Source of the DNA: Azolla caroliniana
Lineage: Eukaryota; Plantae; Polypodiophyta
Length of the DNA stretch: 23,634 bases
Reading direction: 5' to 3'
Assembly (NCBI GenBank): GCA_043228905.1
Contig: JBHGNT010000470.1
Span: forward strand, 1 to 23,634
The position numbers and the translations under genes were made by a program. A model generated the notes under the pieces. The model was not told the origin of the DNA. It worked only from the letters and a program-made list of their open reading frames with translations, and made no database searches. Positions 7,665 through 19,224 of the stretch are shown here, one piece after another (the first letter of the stretch is position 1; every line of letters begins with the position of its first letter).

Positions 7665-8533
7665 ATAGTACATAAACCTTGTTCAAATTATTCTCGTGGT
7701 CTCTCTCTAATTTCTCGTAAGTGTTTACGAACAAGTGCGTCTCCCCAATCGCGCATTACACCCACACGAACGTAAACACGAGCACCAACGTCCCTCCAAC
7801 ACGAACGTAAACACGAGCACCAACGCATAGAATTTGCCTATAGGGACCGCAAACCACCCAAACGGAAAAGAAAACATCAAAGCAGGACACCCATACCGCA
7901 CACGCCACGGCAACGGCTAAGGCTAAGGTCAACTTGTACACGCGGCGAATGTGAACTTGCTTCCACACTTGCCCGATAGGACACTCCTAGTGTGGTAGTC
8001 CGGTTAGCTTTCCTTGTCGTCGTCGTTACCAACCCCTCGTCCGTCCGAACGAGCGAGTACGGACACCGGTCTATCTACGTTCATCGATGTAGCACACTCG
8101 GGAGCCACCACTCGTCCCGCAGTAGCCTCCGCGTGCTTAGTGTCTCGGCACTAGCGCGTTCTAGTTTAATGTGCACGTGCCCGCACACCCCTACGCGCAC
8201 GCGCGAGTGCGCACATTTACCTATGTATGTATAAATGTTATGTTGCTCGACAAGCTCTCGCGCGAGGAGGAGGAGTACCCGCTACAGGTTGCGCCCAGAT
8301 TGTCTGGTGACAATACGACACCTAGGACTAGCCTAGACGTGTGGGAGGGTGGACTAGTTGGTATGGGTCTTGGGCAAGAGTTGTACGCAGGACACACACG
8401 TTATGGTAATGGGAGTGGTGAGTGACATGCATGTGCTCTGATTGCATGGCCATGTGTATATATTAAAGGTGGAGGGAGCAATGTCAATACAATCCATTAG
8501 GAGACAAGCACCGGGATCATAAGGACAATCGCA

Positions 8534-9319
8534 ATGGCAAAGCTTACTTCCGTATTCCTCATGGCCGTGATCATGCTCGCCGCGTGTACCGCGGCCAATG
8601 CTAGGTCTGTAGGGCGGGACCGTGAAGAGGAGCGACGCGATCGACGTCGTGAGGGAGACATTGACGAGGAGAGGCGCGATCGACGCCGAGAGGGGGAGTG
8701 CGATGACGAGAGGCGCGAGCGACGTCGTGAGGGGTTCCTTGAGGAGGGGCGCCGCTACAGAGACAACAAGAGAGACTCCGAAGAGGAAAGGGAACGTCGT
8801 AGCCGTGGTCGCGATGAGCCACGTGACGAGGAACTGAGGCGAGAGTGCGGTGATTTCATCGACAAGCAGATCCGAGAGCTACAAGAGCGCTCCGAAAGAG
8901 AGGAAGGTGAACAAGGACGTCGCTCCCCATGGATCGAAAACACTCGATACTCAAGACCCTCGGAACGGTGCTGCAGGAACGTCGAACGAATCCCCGCCGA
9001 AGATCGATGCGATCGCCTACGTGATGCCTTGTATGCTGACGAGGAGGAACGACGCAATGATGAAGGCCGACGCCATGGCCAACAATCAAGGGAACACCGT
9101 AGCTGGGAGGAAGAGGACGAGGAGCGCGAGAGAGATAGCAGCCGTGAGCGACGAGAGGGTGACGAACGCCGCCACCGCATGTCTCGACGACAAGAGGACG
9201 AACGTCAACAACGTCGCCAATTCAAGGCCGATGACGAGGAAAGAGCTCTAGGCGTCGCCGCCTCCCGCCTACTCCAACAGTGCGATCTTCGCCCTCGTGC
9301 TTGTATTCGTCGCTTCTAA
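8534..9319 (+). CDS. 2S albumin-like storage protein precursor, copy 6 (261 aa)
   Basis: Translation identical to copy 3. Confidence 0.88.
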   Translation: MAKLTSVFLMAVIMLAACTAANARSVGRDREEERRDRRREGDIDEERRDRRREGECDDERRERRREGFLEEGRRYRDNKRDSEEERERRSRGRDEPRDEELRRECGDFIDKQIRELQERSEREEGEQGRRSPWIENTRYSRPSERCCRNVERIPAEDRCDRLRDALYADEEERRNDEGRRHGQQSREHRSWEEEDEERERDSSRERREGDERRHRMSRRQEDERQQRRQFKADDEERALGVAASRLLQQCDLRPRACIRRF

Positions 9320-10188
9320 ATAGTACATAAACCTTGTTCAAATTATTCTCGTGGTCTCTCTCTAATTTCTCGTAAGTGTTTACGAACAAGTGCGTCTCCC
9401 CAATCGCGCATTACACCCACACGAACGTAAACACGAGCACCAACGTCCCTCCAACACGAACGTAAACACGAGCACCAACGCATAGAATTTGCCTATAGGG
9501 ACCGCAAACCACCCAAACGGAAAAGAAAACATCAAAGCAGGACACCCATACCGCACACGCCACGGCAACGGCTAAGGCTAAGGTCAACTTGTACACGCGG
9601 CGAATGTGAACTTGCTTCCACACTTGCCCGATAGGACACTCCTAGTGTGGTAGTCCGGTTAGCTTTCCTTGTCGTCGTCGTTACCAACCCCTCGTCCGTC
9701 CGAACGAGCGAGTACGGACACCGGTCTATCTACGTTCATCGATGTAGCACACTCGGGAGCCACCACTCGTCCCGCAGTAGCCTCCGCGTGCTTAGTGTCT
9801 CGGCACTAGCGCGTTCTAGTTTAATGTGCACGTGCCCGCACACCCCTACGCGCACGCGCGAGTGCGCACATTTACCTATGTATGTATAAATGTTATGTTG
9901 CTCGACAAGCTCTCGCGCGAGGAGGAGGAGTACCCGCTACAGGTTGCGCCCAGATTGTCTGGTGACAATACGACACCTAGGACTAGCCTAGACGTGTGGG
10001 AGGGTGGACTAGTTGGTATGGGTCTTGGGCAAGAGTTGTACGCAGGACACACACGTTATGGTAATGGGAGTGGTGAGTGACATGCATGTGCTCTGATTGC
10101 ATGGCCATGTGTATATATTAAAGGTGGAGGGAGCAATGTCAATACAATCCATTAGGAGACAAGCACCGGGATCATAAGGACAATCGCA

Positions 10189-10974
10189 ATGGCAAAGCTT
10201 ACTTCCGTATTCCTCATGGCCGTGATCATGCTCGCCGCGTGTACCGCGGCCAATGCTAGGTCTGTAGGGCGGGACCGTGAAGAGGAGCGACGCGATCGAC
10301 GTCGTGAGGGAGACATTGACGAGGAGAGGCGCGATCGACGCCGAGAGGGGGAGTGCGATGACGAGAGGCGCGAGCGACGTCGTGAGGGGTTCCTTGAGGA
10401 GGGGCGCCGCTACAGAGACAACAAGAGAGACTCCGAAGAGGAAAGGGAACGTCGTAGCCGTGGTCGCGATGAGCCACGTGACGAGGAACTGAGGCGAGAG
10501 TGCGGTGATTTCATCGACAAGCAGATCCGAGAGCTACAAGAGCGCTCCGAAAGAGAGGAAGGTGAACAAGGACGTCGCTCCCCATGGATCGAAAACACTC
10601 GATACTCAAGACCCTCGGAACGGTGCTGCAGGAACGTCGAACGAATCCCCGCCGAAGATCGATGCGATCGCCTACGTGATGCCTTGTATGCTGACGAGGA
10701 GGAACGACGCAATGATGAAGGCCGACGCCATGGCCAACAATCAAGGGAACACCGTAGCTGGGAGGAAGAGGACGAGGAGCGCGAGAGAGATAGCAGCCGT
10801 GAGCGACGAGAGGGTGACGAACGCCGCCACCGCATGTCTCGACGACAAGAGGACGAACGTCAACAACGTCGCCAATTCAAGGCCGATGACGAGGAAAGAG
10901 CTCTAGGCGTCGCCGCCTCCCGCCTACTCCAACAGTGCGATCTTCGCCCTCGTGCTTGTATTCGTCGCTTCTAA
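10189..10974 (+). CDS. 2S albumin-like storage protein precursor, copy 7 (261 aa)
   Basis: Translation identical to copy 3. Confidence 0.88.
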   Translation: MAKLTSVFLMAVIMLAACTAANARSVGRDREEERRDRRREGDIDEERRDRRREGECDDERRERRREGFLEEGRRYRDNKRDSEEERERRSRGRDEPRDEELRRECGDFIDKQIRELQERSEREEGEQGRRSPWIENTRYSRPSERCCRNVERIPAEDRCDRLRDALYADEEERRNDEGRRHGQQSREHRSWEEEDEERERDSSRERREGDERRHRMSRRQEDERQQRRQFKADDEERALGVAASRLLQQCDLRPRACIRRF

Positions 10975-11026
10975 ATAGTACATAAACCTTGTTCAAATTA
11001 TTCTCGTGGTCTCTCTCTAATTTCTC

Positions 11027-11051
11027 AACAGTGGTATCAACGCAGAGTACT
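11027..11051 (+). other. Library adapter contamination: SMART / PacBio ultra-low-input amplification primer
   Basis: AACAGTGGTATCAACGCAGAGTACT is AAGCAGTGGTATCAACGCAGAGTACT minus one G. It replaces the 25 nt GTAAGTGTTTACGAACAAGTGCGTC found at this position in all other units. Confidence 0.97.
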
Positions 11052-11843
11052 TCCCCAATCGCGCATTACACCCACACGAACGTAAACACGAGCACCAACG
11101 TCCCTCCAACACGAACGTAAACACGAGCACCAACGCATAGAATTTGCCTATAGGGACCGCAAACCACCCAAACGGAAAAGAAAACATCAAAGCAGGACAC
11201 CCATACCGCACACGCCACGGCAACGGCTAAGGCTAAGGTCAACTTGTACACGCGGCGAATGTGAACTTGCTTCCACACTTGCCCGATAGGACACTCCTAG
11301 TGTGGTAGTCCGGTTAGCTTTCCTTGTCGTCGTCGTTACCAACCCCTCGTCCGTCCGAACGAGCGAGTACGGACACCGGTCTATCTACGTTCATCGATGT
11401 AGCACACTCGGGAGCCACCACTCGTCCCGCAGTAGCCTCCGCGTGCTTAGTGTCTCGGCACTAGCGCGTTCTAGTTTAATGTGCACGTGCCCGCACACCC
11501 CTACGCGCACGCGCGAGTGCGCACATTTACCTATGTATGTATAAATGTTATGTTGCTCGACAAGCTCTCGCGCGAGGAGGAGGAGTACCCGCTACAGGTT
11601 GCGCCCAGATTGTCTGGTGACAATACGACACCTAGGACTAGCCTAGACGTGTGGGAGGGTGGACTAGTTGGTATGGGTCTTGGGCAAGAGTTGTACGCAG
11701 GACACACACGTTATGGTAATGGGAGTGGTGAGTGACATGCATGTGCTCTGATTGCATGGCCATGTGTATATATTAAAGGTGGAGGGAGCAATGTCAATAC
11801 AATCCATTAGGAGACAAGCACTGGGATCATAAGGACAATCGCA

Positions 11844-12629
11844 ATGGCAAAGCTTACTTCCGTATTCCTCATGGCCGTGATCATGCTCGCCGCGTGTACC
11901 GCGGCCAATGCTAGGTCTGTAGGGCGGGACCGTGAAGAGGAGCGACGCGATCGACGTCGTGAGGGAGACATTGACGAGGAGAGGCGCGATCGACGCCGAG
12001 AGGGGGAGTGCGATGACGAGAGGCGCGAGCGACGTCGTGAGGGGTTCCTTGAGGAGGGGCGCCGCTACAGAGACAACAAGAGAGACTCCGAAGAGGAAAG
12101 GGAACGTCGTAGCCGTGGTCGCGATGAGCCACGTGACGAGGAACTGAGGCGAGAGTGCGGTGATTTCATCGACAAGCAGATCCGAGAGCTACAAGAGCGC
12201 TCCGAAAGAGAGGAAGGTGAACAAGGACGTCGCTCCCCATGGATCGAAAACACTCGATACTCAAGACCCTCGGAACGGTGCTGCAGGAACGTCGAACGAA
12301 TCCCCGCCGAAGATCGATGCGATCGCCTACGTGATGCCTTGTATGCTGACGAGGAGGAACGACGCAATGATGAAGGCCGACGCCATGGCCAACAATCAAG
12401 GGAACACCGTAGCTGGGAGGAAGAGGACGAGGAGCGCGAGAGAGATAGCAGCCGTGAGCGACGAGAGGGTGACGAACGCCGCCACCGCATGTCTCGACGA
12501 CAAGAGGACGAACGTCAACAACGTCGCCAATTCAAGGCCGATGACGAGGAAAGAGCTCTAGGCGTCGCCGCCTCCCGCCTACTCCAACAGTGCGATCTTC
12601 GCCCTCGTGCTTGTATTCGTCGCTTCTAA
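11844..12629 (+). CDS. 2S albumin-like storage protein precursor, copy 8 (261 aa)
   Basis: Translation identical to copy 3. One C>T in the putative 5' UTR at 11822. Confidence 0.88.
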   Translation: MAKLTSVFLMAVIMLAACTAANARSVGRDREEERRDRRREGDIDEERRDRRREGECDDERRERRREGFLEEGRRYRDNKRDSEEERERRSRGRDEPRDEELRRECGDFIDKQIRELQERSEREEGEQGRRSPWIENTRYSRPSERCCRNVERIPAEDRCDRLRDALYADEEERRNDEGRRHGQQSREHRSWEEEDEERERDSSRERREGDERRHRMSRRQEDERQQRRQFKADDEERALGVAASRLLQQCDLRPRACIRRF

Positions 12630-13498
12630 ATAGTACATAAACCTTGTTCAAATTATTCTCGTGGTCTCTCTCTAATTTCTCGTAAGTGTTTACGAACAAG
12701 TGCGTCTCCCCAATCGCGCATTACACCCACACGAACGTAAACACGAGCACCAACGTCCCTCCAACACGAACGTAAACACGAGCACCAACGCATAGAATTT
12801 GCCTATAGGGACCGCAAACCACCCAAACGGAAAAGAAAACATCAAAGCAGGACACCCATACCGCACACGCCACGGCAACGGCTAAGGCTAAGGTCAACTT
12901 GTACACGCGGCGAATGTGAACTTGCTTCCACACTTGCCCGATAGGACACTCCTAGTGTGGTAGTCCGGTTAGCTTTCCTTGTCGTCGTCGTTACCAACCC
13001 CTCGTCCGTCCGAACGAGCGAGTACGGACACCGGTCTATCTACGTTCATCGATGTAGCACACTCGGGAGCCACCACTCGTCCCGCAGTAGCCTCCGCGTG
13101 CTTAGTGTCTCGGCACTAGCGCGTTCTAGTTTAATGTGCACGTGCCCGCACACCCCTACGCGCACGCGCGAGTGCGCACATTTACCTATGTATGTATAAA
13201 TGTTATGTTGCTCGACAAGCTCTCGCGCGAGGAGGAGGAGTACCCGCTACAGGTTGCGCCCAGATTGTCTGGTGACAATACGACACCTAGGACTAGCCTA
13301 GACGTGTGGGAGGGTGGACTAGTTGGTATGGGTCTTGGGCAAGAGTTGTACGCAGGACACACACGTTATGGTAATGGGAGTGGTGAGTGACATGCATGTG
13401 CTCTGATTGCATGGCCATGTGTATATATTAAAGGTGGAGGGAGCAATGTCAATACAATCCATTAGGAGACAAGCACCGGGATCATAAGGACAATCGCA

Positions 13499-14284
13499 AT
13501 GGCAAAGCTTACTTCCGTATTCCTCATGGCCGTGATCATGCTCGCCGCGTGTACCGCGGCCAATGCTAGGTCTGTAGGGCGGGACCGTGAAGAGGAGCGA
13601 CGCGATCGACGTCGTGAGGGAGACATTGACGAGGAGAGGCGCGATCGACGCCGAGAGGGGGAGTGCGATGACGAGAGGCGCGAGCGACGTCGTGAGGGGT
13701 TCCTTGAGGAGGGGCGCCGCTACAGAGACAACAAGAGAGACTCCGAAGAGGAAAGGGAACGTCGTAGCCGTGGTCGCGATGAGCCACGTGACGAGGAACT
13801 GAGGCGAGAGTGCGGTGATTTCATCGACAAGCAGATCCGAGAGCTACAAGAGCGCTCCGAAAGAGAGGAAGGTGAACAAGGACGTCGCTCCCCATGGATC
13901 GAAAACACTCGATACTCAAGACCCTCGGAACGGTGCTGCAGGAACGTCGAACGAATCCCCGCCGAAGATCGATGCGATCGCCTACGTGATGCCTTGTATG
14001 CTGACGAGGAGGAACGACGCAATGATGAAGGCCGACGCCATGGCCAACAATCAAGGGAACACCGTAGCTGGGAGGAAGAGGACGAGGAGCGCGAGAGAGA
14101 TAGCAGCCGTGAGCGACGAGAGGGTGACGAACGCCGCCACCGCATGTCTCGACGACAAGAGGACGAACGTCAACAACGTCGCCAATTCAAGGCCGATGAC
14201 GAGGAAAGAGCTCTAGGCGTCGCCGCCTCCCGCCTACTCCAACAGTGCGATCTTCGCCCTCGTGCTTGTATTCGTCGCTTCTAA
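13499..14284 (+). CDS. 2S albumin-like storage protein precursor, copy 9 (261 aa)
   Basis: Translation identical to copy 3. Confidence 0.88.
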   Translation: MAKLTSVFLMAVIMLAACTAANARSVGRDREEERRDRRREGDIDEERRDRRREGECDDERRERRREGFLEEGRRYRDNKRDSEEERERRSRGRDEPRDEELRRECGDFIDKQIRELQERSEREEGEQGRRSPWIENTRYSRPSERCCRNVERIPAEDRCDRLRDALYADEEERRNDEGRRHGQQSREHRSWEEEDEERERDSSRERREGDERRHRMSRRQEDERQQRRQFKADDEERALGVAASRLLQQCDLRPRACIRRF

Positions 14285-15153
14285 ATAGTACATAAACCTT
14301 GTTCAAATTATTCTCGTGGTCTCTCTCTAATTTCTCGTAAGTGTTTACGAACAAGTGCGTCTCCCCAATCGCGCATTACACCCACACGAACGTAAACACG
14401 AGCACCAACGTCCCTCCAACACGAACGTAAACACGAGCACCAACGCATAGAATTTGCCTATAGGGACCGCAAACCACCCAAACGGAAAAAAAAACATCAA
14501 AGCAGGACACCCATACCGCACACGCCACGGCAACGGCTAAGGCTAAGGTCAACTTGTACACGCGGCGAATGTGAACTTGCTTCCACACTTGCCCGATAGG
14601 ACACTCCTAGTGTGGTAGTCCGGTTAGCTTTCCTTGTCGTCGTCGTTACCAACCCCTCGTCCGTCCGAACGAGCGAGTACGGACACCGGTCTATCTACGT
14701 TCATCGATGTAGCACACTCGGGAGCCACCACTCGTCCCGCAGTAGCCTCCGCGTGCTTAGTGTCTCGGCACTAGCGCGTTCTAGTTTAATGTGCACGTGC
14801 CCGCACACCCCTACGCGCACGCGCGAGTGCGCACATTTACCTATGTATGTATAAATGTTATGTTGCTCGACAAGCTCTCGCGCGAGGAGGAGGAGTACCC
14901 GCTACAGGTTGCGCCCAGATTGTCTGGTGACAATACGACACCTAGGACTAGCCTAGACGTGTGGGAGGGTGGACTAGTTGGTATGGGTCTTGGGCAAGAG
15001 TTGTACGCAGGACACACACGTTATGGTAATGGGAGTGGTGAGTGACATGCATGTGCTCTGATTGCATGGCCATGTGTATATATTAAAGGTGGAGGGAGCA
15101 ATGTCAATACAATCCATTAGGAGACAAGCACCGGGATCATAAGGACAATCGCA

Positions 15154-15939
15154 ATGGCAAAGCTTACTTCCGTATTCCTCATGGCCGTGATCATGCTCGC
15201 CGCGTGTACCGCGGCCAATGCTAGGTCTGTAGGGCGGGACCGTGAAGAGGAGCGACGCGATCGACGTCGTGAGGGAGACATTGACGAGGAGAGGCGCGAT
15301 CGACGCCGAGAGGGGGAGTGCGATGACGAGAGGCGCGAGCGACGTCGTGAGGGGTTCCTTGAGGAGGGGCGCCGCTACAGAGACAACAAGAGAGACTCCG
15401 AAGAGGAAAGGGAACGTCGTAGCCGTGGTCGCGATGAGCCACGTGACGAGGAACTGAGGCGAGAGTGCGGTGATTTCATCGACAAGCAGATCCGAGAGCT
15501 ACAAGAGCGCTCCGAAAGAGAGGAAGGTGAACAAGGACGTCGCTCCCCATGGATCGAAAACACTCGATACTCAAGACCCTCGGAACGGTGCTGCAGGAAC
15601 GTCGAACGAATCCCCGCCGAAGATCGATGCGATCGCCTACGTGATGCCTTGTATGCTGACGAGGAGGAACGACGCAATGATGAAGGCCGACGCCATGGCC
15701 AACAATCAAGGGAACACCGTAGCTGGGAGGAAGAGGACGAGGAGCGCGAGAGAGATAGCAGCCGTGAGCGACGAGAGGGTGACGAACGCCGCCACCGCAT
15801 GTCTCGACGACAAGAGGACGAACGTCAACAACGTCGCCAATTCAAGGCCGATGACGAGGAAAGAGCTCTAGGCGTCGCCGCCTCCCGCCTACTCCAACAG
15901 TGCGATCTTCGCCCTCGTGCTTGTATTCGTCGCTTCTAA
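15154..15939 (+). CDS. 2S albumin-like storage protein precursor, copy 10 (261 aa)
   Basis: Translation identical to copy 3. Confidence 0.88.
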   Translation: MAKLTSVFLMAVIMLAACTAANARSVGRDREEERRDRRREGDIDEERRDRRREGECDDERRERRREGFLEEGRRYRDNKRDSEEERERRSRGRDEPRDEELRRECGDFIDKQIRELQERSEREEGEQGRRSPWIENTRYSRPSERCCRNVERIPAEDRCDRLRDALYADEEERRNDEGRRHGQQSREHRSWEEEDEERERDSSRERREGDERRHRMSRRQEDERQQRRQFKADDEERALGVAASRLLQQCDLRPRACIRRF

Positions 15940-16808
15940 ATAGTACATAAACCTTGTTCAAATTATTCTCGTGGTCTCTCTCTAATTTCTCGTAAGTGTT
16001 TACGAACAAGTGCGTCTCCCCAATCGCGCATTACACCCACACGAACGTAAACACGAGCACCAACGTCCCTCCAACACGAACGTAAACACGAGCACCAACG
16101 CATAGAATTTGCCTATAGGGACCGCAAACCACCCAAACGGAAAAAAAAACATCAAAGCAGGACACCCATACCGCACACGCCACGGCAACGGCTAAGGCTA
16201 AGGTCAACTTGTACACGCGGCGAATGTGAACTTGCTTCCACACTTGCCCGATAGGACACTCCTAGTGTGGTAGTCCGGTTAGCTTTCCTTGTCGTCGTCG
16301 TTACCAACCCCTCGTCCGTCCGAACGAGCGAGTACGGACACCGGTCTATCTACGTTCATCGATGTAGCACACTCGGGAGCCACCACTCGTCCCGCAGTAG
16401 CCTCCGCGTGCTTAGTGTCTCGGCACTAGCGCGTTCTAGTTTAATGTGCACGTGCCCGCACACCCCTACGCGCACGCGCGAGTGCGCACATTTACCTATG
16501 TATGTATAAATGTTATGTTGCTCGACAAGCTCTCGCGCGAGGAGGAGGAGTACCCGCTACAGGTTGCGCCCAGATTGTCTGGTGACAATACGACACCTAG
16601 GACTAGCCTAGACGTGTGGGAGGGTGGACTAGTTGGTATGGGTCTTGGGCAAGAGTTGTACGCAGGACACACACGTTATGGTAATGGGAGTGGTGAGTGA
16701 CATGCATGTGCTCTGATTGCATGGCCATGTGTATATATTAAAGGTGGAGGGAGCAATGTCAATACAATCCATTAGGAGACAAGCACCGGGATCATAAGGA
16801 CAATCGCA

Positions 16809-17569
16809 ATGGCAAAGCTTACTTCCGTATTCCTCATGGCCGTGATCATGCTCGCCGCGTGTACCGCGGCCAATGCTAGGTCTGTAGGGCGGGACCGTGA
16901 AGAGGAGCGACGCGATCGACGTCGTGAGGGAGACATTGACGAGGAGAGGCGCGATCGACGCCGAGAGGGGGAGTGCGATGACGAGAGGCGCGAGCGACGT
17001 CGTGAGGGGTTCCTTGAGGAGGGGCGCCGCTACAGAGACAACAAGAGAGACTCCGAAGAGGAAAGGGAACGTCGTAGCCGTGGTCGCGATGAGCCACGTG
17101 ACGAGGAACTGAGGCGAGAGTGCGGTGATTTCATCGACAAGCAGATCCGAGAAAAGGTGAACAAGGACGTCGCTCCCCATGGATCGAAAACACTCGATAC
17201 TCAAGACCCTCGGAACGGTGCTGCAGGAACGTCGAACGAATCCCCGCCGAAGATCGATGCGATCGCCTACGTGATGCCTTGTATGCTGACGAGGAGGAAC
17301 GACGCAATGATGAAGGCCGACGCCATGGCCAACAATCAAGGGAACACCGTAGCTGGGAGGAAGAGGACGAGGAGCGCGAGAGAGATAGCAGCCGTGAGCG
17401 ACGAGAGGGTGACGAACGCCGCCACCGCATGTCTCGACGACAAGAGGACGAACGTCAACAACGTCGCCAATTCAAGGCCGATGACGAGGAAAGAGCTCTA
17501 GGCGTCGCCGCCTCCCGCCTACTCCAACAGTGCGATCTTCGCCCTCGTGCTTGTATTCGTCGCTTCTAA
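16809..17569 (+). pseudogene. 2S albumin-like copy 11, frameshifted by a net 25-bp deletion (real pseudogene or assembly artefact)
   Basis: At 17152-17153, TCCGAGA-A-AAGGTG replaces TCCGAGA-GCTACAAGAGCGCTCCGAAAGAGAGG-AAGGTG. The ORF shifts frame after IRE and stops at 17501 (230 aa). The native C-terminal frame ends at 17569. Confidence 0.8.
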
Positions 17570-18438
17570 ATAGTACATAAACCTTGTTCAAATTATTCTC
17601 GTGGTCTCTCTCTAATTTCTCGTAAGTGTTTACGAACAAGTGCGTCTCCCCAATCGCGCATTACACCCACACGAACGTAAACACGAGCACCAACGTCCCT
17701 CCAACACGAACGTAAACACGAGCACCAACGCATAGAATTTGCCTATAGGGACCGCAAACCACCCAAACGGAAAAGAAAACATCAAAGCAGGACACCCATA
17801 CCGCACACGCCACGGCAACGGCTAAGGCTAAGGTCAACTTGTACACGCGGCGAATGTGAACTTGCTTCCACACTTGCCCGATAGGACACTCCTAGTGTGG
17901 TAGTCCGGTTAGCTTTCCTTGTCGTCGTCGTTACCAACCCCTCGTCCGTCCGAACGAGCGAGTACGGACACCGGTCTATCTACGTTCATCGATGTAGCAC
18001 ACTCGGGAGCCACCACTCGTCCCGCAGTAGCCTCCGCGTGCTTAGTGTCTCGGCACTAGCGCGTTCTAGTTTAATGTGCACGTGCCCGCACACCCCTACG
18101 CGCACGCGCGAGTGCGCACATTTACCTATGTATGTATAAATGTTATGTTGCTCGACAAGCTCTCGCGCGAGGAGGAGGAGTACCCGCTACAGGTTGCGCC
18201 CAGATTGTCTGGTGACAATACGACACCTAGGACTAGCCTAGACGTGTGGGAGGGTGGACTAGTTGGTATGGGTCTTGGGCAAGAGTTGTACGCAGGACAC
18301 ACACGTTATGGTAATGGGAGTGGTGAGTGACATGCATGTGCTCTGATTGCATGGCCATGTGTATATATTAAAGGTGGAGGGAGCAATGTCAATACAATCC
18401 ATTAGGAGACAAGCACCGGGATCATAAGGACAATCGCA

Positions 18439-19224
18439 ATGGCAAAGCTTACTTCCGTATTCCTCATGGCCGTGATCATGCTCGCCGCGTGTACCGCGGC
18501 CAATGCTAGGTCTGTAGGGCGGGACCGTGAAGAGGAGCGACGCGATCGACGTCGTGAGGGAGACATTGACGAGGAGAGGCGCGATCGACGCCGAGAGGGG
18601 GAGTGCGATGACGAGAGGCGCGAGCGACGTCGTGAGGGGTTCCTTGAGGAGGGGCGCCGCTACAGAGACAACAAGAGAGACTCCGAAGAGGAAAGGGAAC
18701 GTCGTAGCCGTGGTCGCGATGAGCCACGTGACGAGGAACTGAGGCGAGAGTGCGGTGATTTCATCGACAAGCAGATCCGAGAGCTACAAGAGCGCTCCGA
18801 AAGAGAGGAAGGTGAACAAGGACGTCGCTCCCCATGGATCGAAAACACTCGATACTCAAGACCCTCGGAACGGTGCTGCAGGAACGTCGAACGAATCCCC
18901 GCCGAAGATCGATGCGATCGCCTACGTGATGCCTTGTATGCTGACGAGGAGGAACGACGCAATGATGAAGGCCGACGCCATGGCCAACAATCAAGGGAAC
19001 ACCGTAGCTGGGAGGAAGAGGACGAGGAGCGCGAGAGAGATAGCAGCCGTGAGCGACGAGAGGGTGACGAACGCCGCCACCGCATGTCTCGACGACAAGA
19101 GGACGAACGTCAACAACGTCGCCAATTCAAGGCCGATGACGAGGAAAGAGCTCTAGGCGTCGCCGCCTCCCGCCTACTCCAACAGTGCGATCTTCGCCCT
19201 CGTGCTTGTATTCGTCGCTTCTAA
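18439..19224 (+). CDS. 2S albumin-like storage protein precursor, copy 12 (261 aa)
   Basis: Translation identical to copy 3. Confidence 0.88.
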   Translation: MAKLTSVFLMAVIMLAACTAANARSVGRDREEERRDRRREGDIDEERRDRRREGECDDERRERRREGFLEEGRRYRDNKRDSEEERERRSRGRDEPRDEELRRECGDFIDKQIRELQERSEREEGEQGRRSPWIENTRYSRPSERCCRNVERIPAEDRCDRLRDALYADEEERRNDEGRRHGQQSREHRSWEEEDEERERDSSRERREGDERRHRMSRRQEDERQQRRQFKADDEERALGVAASRLLQQCDLRPRACIRRF

